Shown here: piece after piece, positions 1 through 11,417 of the stretch
Numbering within the stretch: position 1 is the stretch's first letter
Layout: every line of letters begins with the position of its first letter
Origin: Eledone cirrhosa
Lineage: Eukaryota
Assembly (NCBI GenBank): GCA_964016885.1
Contig: OZ024740.1
Coordinates: 49,290,001-49,354,000 of the forward strand
DNA length: 64,000 nt
Reading direction: 5' to 3'
Program-made: the position numbers and the translations under genes
Notes under the pieces: generated by a model
Seen by the model: the letters and a program-made list of their open reading frames with translations, nothing else
What the model was told of the DNA's origin: nothing
Databases searched by the model: none

Positions 1-369
1 TTGTAGTTAAATACCATATAAGTTTCTGTTAAAACACAATTCCGTCCCCTATCAAATACGAGCATACTGTATTTAAATCATTGAAACTTCTCCAGTAATA
101 CGCTCGAACAATAGAACATGTAAAGATAAATATAATTGTGTTGAGTGGAATTTATGTGAACAGATTGTTGACAGTATTTAATTAATATAAAACATTGGTA
201 TTTCAAGATGGAAACAGGAATATTAAAGTGTGAATAATTCGGAAGATGACTGCATGATGAACTTGCAATAAAATATTGCTATTTTAAAACGGAAACTGGC
301 ATACTGAAGAGTGAGAAATTTGGAAGACGATTTCATAATATTCCTGAAATGAAATAGCAAAAAACAAAG

Positions 370-457
370 TCTCGCGAGACGGATTCGAACCATCGACCTA
401 AGGATAACAGGTAAATACTACTACAGTCCTCCGCTCTACCAACTGAACTATCGCGAG
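370..457 (-). tRNA. tRNA-Tyr-GTA: tRNA-Tyr(GTA) with 15-nt intron; C11>T gives a U.G wobble in the D-stem, probably intact
   Basis: Reverse complement reads CTCGCGATAGTTCAGTTGGTAGAGCGGAGGACTGTAG-tagtatttacctgtt-ATCCTTAGGTCGATGGTTCGAATCCGTCTCGCGAGA, with a T-run downstream. Confidence 0.85.
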
Positions 458-951
458 GTTCTCACTGTTTCCTAAAAATAATACAACACTATCTATGTCT
501 TGTTTATCATCTCAACTGATCGTGTCAACATTTCAAAACACTCACCTTCTATGGTTTTGTCGTAAAACATGGTATTATCCCAAATGTTACGAATATTTTA
601 AAGTATGACCCTAGCATTAGTTCAAATCTTATTTTCTCAATTATCACATTAAAGAAGTTGATTTAGTTTAGAAGAAATAAACATGTATAATTAAGTTTAG
701 ACTGATACAGTGGTGTCATCAATTGTAGTTTAATACCATGAAAGTTTCTATTCTAAAAATATTTCCGTCCTCTATCAAATATGAACCTACTTTAAATCAT
801 TTAAACATTGATATATTTCTCTGTACAGAAATGAAATATCTATTGATTTCATGTCTATGTGAGTCACTGTAAAGTATGTTGTTATTGAATCGGTGGCATA
901 GTCATAAAAAAGACAGGCATTGCAGCTTTATTTTTGACTGCTTTCAGACAC

Positions 952-1040
952 CTCGCGATAGCTCAGTTGTTAGCGCGGAGGACTGTAGTAGCATTTATTC
1001 TGTTATCATTAGGTCGATGGTTCGAATCCGTCTCGCGAGA
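952..1040 (+). pseudogene. tRNA-Tyr pseudogene
   Basis: D-loop GG>GT, D-stem mismatch, anticodon stem ATCATT, 16-nt intron. Confidence 0.8.
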
Positions 1041-1948
1041 CATTGTTTTTGTTAATTCATTTCAGGAAAATTATGAAAGCTTCAGTTTCCGTTTTAAAAT
1101 AGCAATATTTTATTGCAAAGAAATCATTCAGTCATCTTCCAAATTATTCACATTTTAGTATTCCAGTCTCCATTTTAAAATAGTAATATTTTATTGCGGG
1201 TCCATCATGCAGTCATCTTCCAAATTATAACTGTAATGTGACAGTGGCATATTTTGCTGAACTTATTACATCGAAACCACTTCAAACATTCAGATATCAT
1301 CTCTGAACGTATTTCTCAGTTCATTGTAGAAATCATTTGTCATGGTTCAGCTAATATTATATTGTACCTCCAAACTACACGATATGTTTGTCATTGGACA
1401 GAATATGATTATTGAATCATTAAATCAATCATTTGACGACGTTAAGAAAACATCGATATTGTAGCATTACTTGTGGAGTATAACCTTGATATAGTACATA
1501 ACTCATGTAAAAAGGTCGAACGCGAAGATCTTACAGATTTACATAACCTAAGAACACAATTGAGAGGTAGCGGTTCTGGACTTGTGTTAGTATCCTTTAT
1601 AACCTTCTTATAAGGTTTGCTATATGACTAAGTAAAAGGTTAGTTCATTGAGTTGGTCATAGTAATTATTTACTATATAAAGTAATTTACAGAATGAAGT
1701 GTATTCCTCAGTAAATGAAACTATCTAAAGAACAAATAGATTTACCAGGGGAAAAGGTATATGTGGAAATTAATGTAGTGGAGAATTTGTAAAGATAAAT
1801 ATGAGTTGGGTGGAATTTATGAGAGCAACATGTTGGACTTATTATTAAAGAGGTAATTATTTTAGAATGTTTCAATGACATATTGGAGTATGTGTAATTT
1901 GGAGGATGATTTTATGATTTACACCTGTGAATGACTAAAAAATGTAAT

Positions 1949-2028
1949 TCTCCTTAGAAGGAATTGAATCATCGACCTAAAGACCACATGGTAAACGTTT
2001 CTATAGTTATCCGCTCTCACAATGGAAC
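1949..2028 (-). pseudogene. Highly degenerate tRNA-Tyr remnant
   Basis: Residual catcgacctaa...ggtaaac...ctatag...tccgctct matches the reverse complement of the gene. Confidence 0.55.
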
Positions 2029-2205
2029 AAGTCATGATAAGTAAAATTGTGTTGGGTGGAGATTATGTAGGGAGATTGTTGACAGTATTTACTTAATTTA
2101 AAAGATTGCTATTTTAAAATAGAAAATGGAATACGGGACCGTGAGTAATTTCGAAGACGAATTCATGATTTTTACCACCACCGGAATGAAATAGCAAAAA
2201 CAAAC

Positions 2206-2293
2206 TCTCACGAGACGGATTCGAACCATCGACCTAAGGATAACAGGTAAATACTACTACAGTCCTCCGCTCTACCAACTGAGTTATCGCGAG
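2206..2293 (-). pseudogene. tRNA-Tyr copy, likely impaired
   Basis: G10>A breaks the D-stem/A-box; C69>T gives a wobble; otherwise identical to the consensus. Confidence 0.7.
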
Positions 2294-2784
2294 GTGCTCA
2301 CTATTTCCCCAAAATAATACTACAATACATAAGTCTTGTTTATCATATCAACTGACTGTGTCAACATTTCGTAACACACTCCTATAGTTTTGTCGTAAAA
2401 CATGGTATTATCCCAAATGTTACGAATAGTTTAAAGTATGAACCTAACATTAGTTCAAATCTTATTTTCTCAATTATCACATTAAAGAAGTCTATTTAGT
2501 TAAGAAGAAATAAACATGTATAATTAAGCCTGAACTGATACAGTGGTGTCATCAATTGTAGTTTAATACCATGAAAGTTTCTATTCTAAACATATTTCCG
2601 TCCTCTATCAATTATGAACCTACTTTAAATCATTGAAACATTGATATATTTCTCTGTACAGAAATGAAATATCTACTGATTTCATGTCTATGTGAGTCAC
2701 TGTAAAGTATGTTGTTATTGAATCGGTGGCATAGTCATAAAAAAGACAGGCATTGCAGCTTTATTTTTGACTGCTTTCAGATAT

Positions 2785-2872
2785 CTCGCGATTACTCAGT
2801 TGGTAGAGCGGAGGACTGTAGTAGTATTTATCTGTTATCCTTAGGTCGATGGTTCGAATCCGTCTTGCTAGA
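2785..2872 (+). pseudogene. tRNA-Tyr pseudogene
   Basis: A9T and G10A in the A-box; acceptor 3' strand TTGCTAG mispairs. Confidence 0.8.
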
Positions 2873-3390
2873 CATTTTTTCGTTATTTCATTTCAGGAAA
2901 ATCATGAAATCGTCTTCCAAATTACTCACTCTTCAGTATTCTCGTCTCTGTTTTAAAATAGCAATATTTTATTGCAAATAAATCTTGCAGTCATCTTCCA
3001 AGTTAATCACACTTTAGTATTCATGTTTCTGTTTTAAAATACCAATGTTTTATATTAATTAAATACTGTAAACAATCTGTCAACATAAATTCCATTCAAC
3101 ACAATTATATTTATCTTTACATTTCCTATTGTTAGAGCGGATTACTGGAGAAATGGTTATCTGTTGTTTTAAGGTCAATGGATCAAATTTCACACCTATC
3201 ACTACAGAGATTACCTAACAACGGTCATAATTGAATTAGTTGATAGTCTGTCTGAAACGTTTCAGCATACGTTTCTTTAGATAATTTCCAATCAGTTGCT
3301 CTTGTGAAAAAGATCTCGTTTCAAATGTAATTACTGGTATATAAGATCAGTAGATGTTACATTTCTATACAGAAAAGAATAAAAAATAAC

Positions 3391-3495
3391 GGTTTCTGAT
3401 TTAGGCATAAGGTCAACAATTTTCCTTTTTGGGTGGGGGGATCGATTAAATCGACCTCAGTGGATTAGTGGGGCTTTATTTTATCGACTCCTTAC
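3391..3495 (-). mobile_element. 3' fragment of a related SINE subfamily
   Basis: ggcataaggtcaacaatt...gatcgattaaatcgacc...ctttattttatcgactccttac resembles the SINE body at 4652, 9602 and 54412 but has an extra TCGA..TCGA hairpin segment. Confidence 0.6.
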
Positions 3496-4232
3496 AAAAA
3501 AATAATACTTGAATATCTATGACTTGTTTATTATGTCTAATGACTGTATCGCCGATACAACAATCAGATTCTTTACAACGACACACATATCATGAGTGTT
3601 GGTCCTATAACATGGTATCATAAAAAAAATCAACAATTCTTTAATGTAAAAACCAACATTGCTCCAACTATAATTTTCTGAATTATCACATTAATAAGAT
3701 CGACTCAGTTTCAAAGAAATTGATATTTGAAATACATTACCATGCAATATTCTGATACCATTGACTAGTTAAATTTATATATAATAAATTATTATAATAA
3801 TGTATTTAGAGGTGTCATTAAATGTATTTAAATACAAAGGAAATTCCTGTTGAAATAATTCCTAGGGCTTCCATTCAAATATATGAGCACACAGTCTTTA
3901 AATCATTGAAACATCAATATATTTCTCTGTATAGAAATAAAACATCAACTGACATTATATATTACTGAAAATATATTTTATATACCACAGTTATTGACAT
4001 GTTTTGTTGAAACCAATTCAAGCATGACAGTTGTTAGATAACCATTACACACATTCAGAAAATTGTTCCTGGACCAGTTTTGGGGTTCTTAGTAAAAAAA
4101 TATTGGTCATTTTCGATCTCATATCAAGTTGGATGAGTAAAGTATGTGATTATTGAATCGGTGATACAGTCTTTTGACTTCATAAACAAGACATAGGTAT
4201 TGTAGCATTATCTTTAGTAAAGTTACGAACAA

Positions 4233-4263
4233 CTTGCGATAGCTCAGTTGGTAGAGTGGAGAA
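4233..4263 (+). pseudogene. 5' fragment of tRNA-Tyr
   Basis: cttgcgatagctcagttggtagagtggaga follows the standard upstream flank, then is truncated. Confidence 0.7.
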
Positions 4264-4526
4264 CTCCAGAAAAACTGTACAAACCAATTCAAGCATGGCA
4301 TTTGTAAAGTAACCATTTCACACCTCAGAATTATTCCTCGACCAGTTTTGGAATTCTTAATAAAAAGTATCGGTAATTTTCGATCGTATATTAAGCTGGA
4401 CGACCGAAATTACACGAAGCTTGTGTTATTGTAAAGTGTGTGATTATTGAATCTGTGGCACAGTCATTTGACTTCATAAATAAGACATAGGTATTGTAGC
4501 ATTATTTTTAGTGGAACTACAAACAC

Positions 4527-4617
4527 CTCGCGATAGCTCAGTTGGTAGAGCGGAGGACTGAAATAGTACTATTTACCTGTTATCCTTAGGTCGAAGATTC
4601 GAATCCGTCTCGCGAGA
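4527..4617 (+). pseudogene. tRNA-Tyr-derived pseudogene with GAA (Phe) anticodon and broken T-arm
   Basis: Loop reads CTGAAA; 18-nt intron; T-stem GAAGA instead of GATGG (G53>A in the B-box). Confidence 0.8.
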
Positions 4618-4651
4618 GTTGTATGTTTCTATTTTATTGCAGGTAAATAAT

Positions 4652-4786
4652 TGTTTCTACTTTTGGCACAAGGCCAGCAATTACCCAATACATTACTGGT
4701 ACTTTATTTTATCGACCCCGTAAGGATGAAAGGCAAAGTTAACCTCGTCGGAATTTGAACTAAGACCAAATCCCGCCGAGGTTAAC
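4652..4786 (-). mobile_element. 5'-truncated SINE with terminal inverted segment and 19-bp TSD
   Basis: TSD TTTATTGCAGGTAAATAAT at 4633-4651 and 4787-4805; the empty site is seen downstream of the tRNA at 7919. Confidence 0.9.
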
Positions 4787-4985
4787 TTTATTGCAGGTAA
4801 ATAATGAATAAGTTTTTCGAATTACTCACTCACTAATATTCCAGTTTTCGTTTTAAAATAACAATCCTTCAAATTAATTAACTGTTGTCAACAATCTGTT
4901 CACATAATTTCCACACTATACAATTATATTTATCATCATACGTTCCATTGTAAAGGTGAAGTACTGTAGAAAGTTACTCGATGTA

Positions 4986-5239
4986 GTGCATAGCTCGGAA
5001 ATCAGAGTCGCTCTAGGTAGAGTCACTACTACTTCAAATTGAGAGATCACAGCTCTGATATTTCAGGCATGTGGTTAGAATGTCAAAGGAAAGAATCACT
5101 GGACAGATTTTAGAGGCAAAACCGACAGGGGTAGAGCCGGAAACGAAGGCTGGTCACGCTTGGGGACCTAGCCAGATCAATGGAGACGATTGCTTCTAAC
5201 AAGAATCCTCACAGGAATGAATGGCAGAAGAAGAATAAG
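4986..5239 (+). mobile_element. Decayed 3' end of an RTE-clade non-LTR retrotransposon
   Basis: Manual translation VHSSEIRVAL/VESLLLQIERSQL*YFRHVVRMSKERITGQILEAKPTG resembles the RTE C-terminal 'IERSQLRWFGHVxRM...PTG' motif; ends in a (GAA)n tail. Confidence 0.8.
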
Positions 5240-5280
5240 GGATCCATTTAAATATTGAAACATCAATATATTTCTCTCTA

Positions 5281-5340
5281 TCAGTGTATAACAGACAGTA
5301 TAGAAAAGTATCGGTGTATAACAGACAGTAAAGAAAAGTA
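5281..5340. repeat. 30-bp tandem duplication
   Basis: tc(a/g)gtgtataacagacagta(t/a)agaaaagta occurs twice. Confidence 0.9.
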
Positions 5341-5467
5341 TCGGTCATAATATAATTAAAGAAAGATATTGGTGATATATGTGATCATTGAATCGGTGGG
5401 ACAGTTATTTGACTTCATTAACGAGACATAGGTATTGTAGCATTATTTTTAGCGACTCTACAAACAC

Positions 5468-5555
5468 TTAGCGATAGCTCAGTTGCTAGAACGGAGGACT
5501 GTAGTAGTATTTACCTGTTATCCTTAGGTCGATGGTTCGAATCCGTCTCGCGAGA
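5468..5555 (+). pseudogene. tRNA-Tyr pseudogene
   Basis: C1T, C3A, G18C, G24A; 3' half intact. Confidence 0.8.
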
Positions 5556-6721
5556 GTTCGTTTTTGCTATTTCATTTCGAGGGGAAACAACCCCACAGCT
5601 TCAGCCTCCAACCTCTGTTCTCTCTACATTTATCCTCTAAATATGACTGAGGCTTATATACTTCCACAGATGTATTCAATGTATCTCAGGATATACAAGA
5701 TTGTAAGATATTCCCATTCTCTTTCGGTTGATTAAATATTACAAAATGTAATGTCTTCGAAATGAAGTCTATCTCCTTAATATATAAACAAACCATTCCA
5801 AACATTCAGAAGTTTTCAATAAAATATTAATTTCTAATGGAATGGTATAGTCTGTTTTGAGCTAATAATATTGTGAAGAATTAACCCAATCATTTGACGT
5901 CATAAAGAAATATTTGGTATTGTGATATTTATTATATTCAGCGAAAGACATTCTAATGTAGTTGACTTATTAATCTAAAAATTTACTTTAACACAGGGTC
6001 TGAACTGATAGTGTATATGGTGGTACCATCAACTGCAGTTAAATTGGCTGAAATCTCCTGTTCAAAACACCCTACCGCCTTCTAACAAATATGGAGACAC
6101 TGTCTTTAAATCATTGAACCATTACTATATTTTTATGCATTGACATGAAACAACGACTGATCTCATATACTAGTAACTTATATTTGGAACCAGTTTTTAT
6201 ATGCTATAAAAATTGATACAAAGACATGTAAAGAAACGTATGCTGTACAAAATAATTCAATCATGGCAGTTATTATGTAAACTGTAGCTACAGGTGTGAC
6301 ATTATACTGAGACTAATAACTCAGGTATGTAACATATATATCAGGTAGGAAATATCTTACAAATTTGAATATCCCGAGATATACTGAATACATTTATGGA
6401 AGCATAGATTTATATTTAGCAGGATAAATATAAGAAAAGAACATTGAACGGTGTATGTTTGGATTGTAATGTGACAGTGGCATATTATGCTGAACTTATT
6501 ACATCGAAACCACTTCAAACATTCAGATATAAGCTCTGAACGTATTTCTCAGTTCATTGTAGAAATCATTTGTCATGGTTGAGCTAATATTATGTTGTAC
6601 CTCCAAACTACACGATATGTTTGTCATTGGAAAGAATGTGATTATTAAATCATTAAATCAATCATTTGAGGTCGTAAGAAAACAGATATTGTTGCATTAT
6701 TTGTGGCGAGAGTTTAAGATA

Positions 6722-6808
6722 TTCACGATAGTTCTATTAGTTGAGAGAACGACTATAGTAATGTTTACTTGGTATCCTTCGGGCGATACTTCAAACCGTC
6801 TCACGAGA
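6722..6808 (+). pseudogene. Degenerate tRNA-Tyr, older counterpart of the array copy at 15147
   Basis: Same upstream flank (ttgtggcgaga.tttaagata); many substitutions; intron still present. Confidence 0.7.
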
Positions 6809-7324
6809 GTTGTGGATTTTGTATCTGTTTTTAATCACGAAGAAAAATAATATATATATTGAAAAAAATCCTTATATAGAAATTTATTAGAATCACTCTA
6901 GAACACGGGGCAGTGTAGGTAGTGGTGTAAACCACCTAGCAATCACTTTACTGACTAACATTACTCGTCGACTTACAGCCGCCATTAAAATCTTCAAATG
7001 TGTGCTAATGAATTTGCCAGTGGAAGGTATGTGTGGAAATTAATGTAGTGTAAAATATATAAAGATAAATATAATTGTGTTGAGTGGAATTTATGAGAGA
7101 GCATGTTGGACTTATTATTAAAGAGGTAATTATTTTAGAATGTTTCAATGACATATTGGAGTATGTGTAATTTGGAGGATGATTTTATGATTTTCACCTG
7201 AGAATGACTAAAAAAAATTGAAACATCAATATATATCTTTCTATCGGAATATAATATTTACAGACGGTATATGTATATATTAATTGTATTTGAAAACATT
7301 TCATATAGTACAGAAATTGCTTCA

Positions 7325-7600
7325 AAAACTAAATTCCTGCATTTGAACCCATCCACTCTCAGTCCATTACATGCTTCTGAGGGTTTACCTAATGAACTGG
7401 TTCAACTATTTAAATGTTTGGGTTCAGAATCCCGGACACTCAGTGTCGCTTGCTCATGATAAATCTGCAGGGAACTTGCTTTATGGTCACCATATGCAAA
7501 GCCCCAAGCGAGTCGCTAAACATAACCATTAGTACTCTCTTTGCGAGGGACGCTGGCCTCTCTGGACGAGATCTTGGGAAAGCCTGGAACAAGAACTTTG
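7325..7600 (+). mobile_element. Decayed RTE-like LINE fragment (second family), internally deleted
   Basis: KTKFLHLN...ELVQLFKCLG / ESRTLS / ELALWSP...LFARDAGLSGRDL resembles the post-RT region of RTE-type ORFs. Confidence 0.65.
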
Positions 7601-7918
7601 TGCATGTTTCACCTTCATTAGAAGAATGACTCAATAAGAGGAAAAAAGTAATTGATAAAACATTCGTAAAGAAATGTATGTGAGAAACGTCAGTTAAACA
7701 GTAAAAACAAATTCAAGCATGACATTCCTCGAACAGTTTTGGAGTTCGCAGTAAAAAGTATTGGTCATTTTAGATCTTATTCCAAGCTGGACGACCGAAA
7801 TTACACGAAGCATGTGTTATTGTAAAGTATGTGTTTATTGAATCGGCGGCGCAAGTCTTTTGAGTTCATAAACAAAACATAGGTATTGTAGCATTATTTT
7901 TACTAGAGTTACAAGTAA

Positions 7919-8006
7919 CTCGCGATAGCTCAGTTGGTAGAATGGAGGACTGTAGTAGTATTTACCTGTTATCCTTAGGTCGATGGTTCGAATTTGTCTC
8001 GCGAGA
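7919..8006 (+). pseudogene. tRNA-Tyr pseudogene (older counterpart of array gene A)
   Basis: G24A, C25T, C61T, C62T (B-box damaged). Confidence 0.8.
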
Positions 8007-8209
8007 GTTGTATGTTTTTATTTTATTGCAGGTAAATAATGAATACGTTTTCCAAATTACTCGACTCTCGAGTATTCCAGTTCCCGCTTTAAAATAACAA
8101 TCTTTCAAATTAATTAACTGTTGTCACATAATTTTCACACAATACAATTATATTTATCATCTCTCGTTCCATTGTAAAAGCAAAATACTGTAGAAAGTTA
8201 GTCGATGTA

Positions 8210-8460
8210 GCGCATAGCTCGGAGATCATAGTGTCGCTCTAGGAAGAGTCACTACTTCTTCAAATTGAGAGATTACAGCTCTGATATTTCAGGCATGTGG
8301 TTAGAATGTCACAGGAAAGAATCGCTCGACAGATTGTAAAGGCAAAACCAACTGGGGCAGAGCCCGAGAACGGCGGCTGTTCTTGCTGGGATATCTAGGC
8401 AGATAAATGGAGACGATTGCTTCTAACAGGAATCTTCACAGGAATAAATAGAAGAAGAAG
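8210..8460 (+). mobile_element. Duplicate of the RTE 3' fragment
   Basis: Homologous to 4986-5239; ends in gaagaagaag. Confidence 0.75.
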
Positions 8461-8756
8461 GGATCCATTAAAATATTGTAACATCAATATATTTCTCTCT
8501 ATCGGTGTTTAATATAACAGACGGTATATACTACTAATTACACTTGAAAATATATTTTATATACTACAGTAATTGATACGAAGATAAGTAAAGAAAAATA
8601 TTGGTCATTTTCAATATTATATCAGGCTGGACAACCAAACTACACGAAGTGTGTTTCAATATAAAGTATGTGATTATTGAATCTGTAGCACAGTCATTTG
8701 ACTCCATTAATGAGACATAGGTATTGTAATATTATTTTCAGTCGAATATCAAGTAC

Positions 8757-8844
8757 CTCGCGATAGCTCAGTTGGTAGAGCGGAGGACTGTAGTAGTATT
8801 TACCTGTTATCCTTAGGTCGATGGTTCGAATCCGTCTCGCGAGA
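8757..8844 (+). tRNA. tRNA-Tyr-GTA: tRNA-Tyr(GTA), intact, 15-nt intron
   Basis: Perfect consensus cloverleaf; TTTTT terminator a few nt downstream. Confidence 0.95.
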
Positions 8845-9252
8845 GTTTGTTTTTGCTATTTCATTTCATTGGGAAAATCATGAAATCATCTTCCAAATTA
8901 CCCACAGTCCAGTATTCCTGTCTCCGTTTTAAAATAACAACCTTTTAAATTGACTAAATTCTGAAAGAAGTCTGTATCAATGAAATATTGTAGAATCTGT
9001 AAATTGGGGATGCTTTCATGATTTACTCCATAGAGTGAGAAAAGCATAATACAATTCTCCTGAAAAAGATTTGAATTCTCGATCTACAGACAAAAAGTAT
9101 TGGGACCCTTTCGATCTCATATCAAGTCTGAGGACTAAACTACACGACGTGTGTGTTGTAAAGTATGTGGTTATTGAATCGGTGACACAGTCATTTGACT
9201 TCATAAACAAGACAAAGTATTGTAGCATAATTTTTGGTAGAGCTACAAACAT

Positions 9253-9339
9253 CCTGCGATAGCTCAGTTGGTAGAGCGGAGGACTGTAGTAGTATTTATC
9301 TGTTATCCATAGATCGAAGGCTCGAATCGTCTCGCGAGA
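9253..9339 (+). pseudogene. tRNA-Tyr pseudogene (full-length counterpart of the 5'-truncated array copy)
   Basis: Acceptor CCTGCGA, ATCCAT, GGCTCGA B-box defect, 1-nt deletion. Confidence 0.8.
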
Positions 9340-9470
9340 GTTGTAAATCATAAAAAAACTTCTTCACGCGACTAATTACACACTTAAATGAATTTGATTA
9401 TTAAATCTTTAATAACGTCATAAACAATACATTGGTTTTGTAGCATTATTTGTAAGGGTATATTAAGGAA

Positions 9471-9556
9471 CCCGGGAAAGTTCAATTGGTTGACTCGACC
9501 ACTGTAGTAGTGTTGATGTTGACATTAGGTTGATGGTTTAAATCCCTCTCGTGTGA
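9471..9556 (+). pseudogene. Degenerate tRNA-Tyr
   Basis: cccgggaaagttcaattggt...actgtagtag...ttaggttgatggtttaaatcc. Confidence 0.7.
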
Positions 9557-9601
9557 TTGTGATTTTGTGTTATATTTTAATCATTATGCTATATAAATAA
9601 T

Positions 9602-9782
9602 TAATTCTACTTTTGGCACAAGGTCAGCAGTTATGCCAGTGCATTATTGGTACTTTATTTTATCGATTCCGTAAGGCAAAGTTAACCTCGGCGGGATTTG
9701 AAATCAGAATGGCAAGGGCCTTACGTCTATGTGTCAAAGCATGGCGTCCGACCCTCTACCGATACTGCCAATCCACCGCCCT
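9602..9782 (-). mobile_element. Full-length tRNA-derived SINE with 10-bp TSD
   Basis: Head GGCGGTGGATTGGCAGTATCGG; TSD TATAAATAAT at 9592-9601 and 9783-9792; empty site in the array at ~13262. Confidence 0.9.
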
Positions 9783-10077
9783 TATAAATAATGAAATAAT
9801 CTTCCAAACAACAAACACCCCAGTATTTATGTGTTTTTAAAGTACTCATCTCTTTTGCCAGCTACTGTCAACATTTTGTTCCTGTAAATGTCACTCAATA
9901 CAATTGTATATTACACACTATGTTAATCTTTACACATACCTTTACCTATCAAATCTGTTCTTTCAATAACTGTGGAATACATGACATCTTTGTAAATTTA
10001 TCAAGATATTAGTAGCAATCATCAACTCAATGAAAGGCTGACTCATTCCAGAATCTTTCTCAGTAACACAAAAGATG

Positions 10078-10122
10078 TTTAACTACTACAGACCTCCGCT
10101 CTACCAACAGAGCTATCGCGAG
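10078..10122 (-). pseudogene. 5' half of tRNA-Tyr
   Basis: ctactacagacctccgctctaccaacagagctatcgcgag. Confidence 0.75.
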
Positions 10123-10195
10123 CTGCTTGTTACACTTCCCAAAAATAATACTACAATACCTGTCTTGTTTATCATGTCAACTGACTGTGTCAACA

Positions 10196-10941
10196 TTTAA
10201 TAACACACACCTCCTATAGTTTTGTCATACAACATGGTATTATCCCAAATGTTACGAATAGTTTAAAGTATGAACCTAACATTAGTTCAAATCTTATTTT
10301 CTCAATTATTACATTAAAGAAGTTGATTTAGTTTAGAAAAAATAAACATGTATAATTAAGCCTGGACTGATACAGTGGTGTCATCAATTGTTGTTTAATA
10401 CCATGAAAGTTTCTATTCTAATTAGTTGATACAGTCTATCAGAAATATTTCAGCGTACGTTTCTTTACATATTTTCAAATCAGTTTCTAAAGTATATAAA
10501 ATCTGGTTTCAAATGTAATTACTGGTATATAAGATCAGTAGATGTTACATTTCTATACAGAGAAGACTATGCTGATATTTCAATAATTTAAAGACAGTAT
10601 GTTCATATTTGATACGGGGTGGAAATGTGTTTAGAACAGAAACTGTGATGGTATTTAACTATGGTTGATGACACCCCTATATCAGTCCAGACTTAATTAT
10701 ACATGTGTTAAAATTAATTATCAAATTTAATATGTCAACGATATTAGAAACAGACACATTCTTTTAACATATCTCAAATATGTATTTCTTCTAAACTAAA
10801 TCGACTTCTCTAATGAAATAGTTGAGAAAATATTATTTGAACTAATGCCGGGATAATTCCGGTTCATACTTTAAAATATTCGTAACATTTGGGATAATAC
10901 CATGTTGTATGACCAAACTACAGGAGGCGTGTGTTTTGAAA
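10196..10941. repeat. Imperfect inverted repeat of the tRNA upstream flank
   Basis: Arms ~10196-10420 and ~10630-10941, e.g. catggtattatcccaaatgttacgaat versus attcgtaacatttgggataataccatg. Confidence 0.8.
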
Positions 10942-11114
10942 ATTATAGTTGGAGTAATGCTGGTTTTTACATTAAAGAATTGTTAATCTTTTAGATAATA
11001 CCATGTTATAGGACTAAAGTACACGATATGTGTGTCATTGTAAAGAATGTTATTATTGTATCGGCGATACAGTCTTTTGACATCATAAACATGTCATAGA
11101 TATTCAAGTATTGA

Positions 11115-11307
11115 GGCGGTGGATTGGCAGTATCAGTAGAGAGTCGGACGCCATGCTTTGCAACAAAGAGTTACAGCCTTTTATGGTCTGAGTTCAAATC
11201 CCGCCAAGGTTAACTTTACCTTTCATCCTTACGGGGTCGATAAAATAAAGTACCAGTAATACACTGCGATAATTGCTGGCCTTGTGCCAAAAGTAGAAAC
11301 TATTATT
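11115..11307 (+). mobile_element. Full-length tRNA-derived SINE
   Basis: A-box-like TGGCAGTATCAG, B-box GAGTTCAAATCC, body ctttcatccttacggggtcgataaaataaagtaccag, TATTATT tail. Confidence 0.9.
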
Positions 11308-11329
11308 TGATGAAATAGCAAAAACAAAG

Positions 11330-11417
11330 TATCGCGAGACGGATTCGAACCATCGACATAAGGATAACAAGTAAATACTACTACAATCCTCCACTCTACC
11401 AACTGAACTATCATGAG
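11330..11417 (-). pseudogene. tRNA-Tyr pseudogene
   Basis: Acceptor CTCATGA/TCGCGAT mismatches; C32T, C25T and other changes. Confidence 0.8.
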
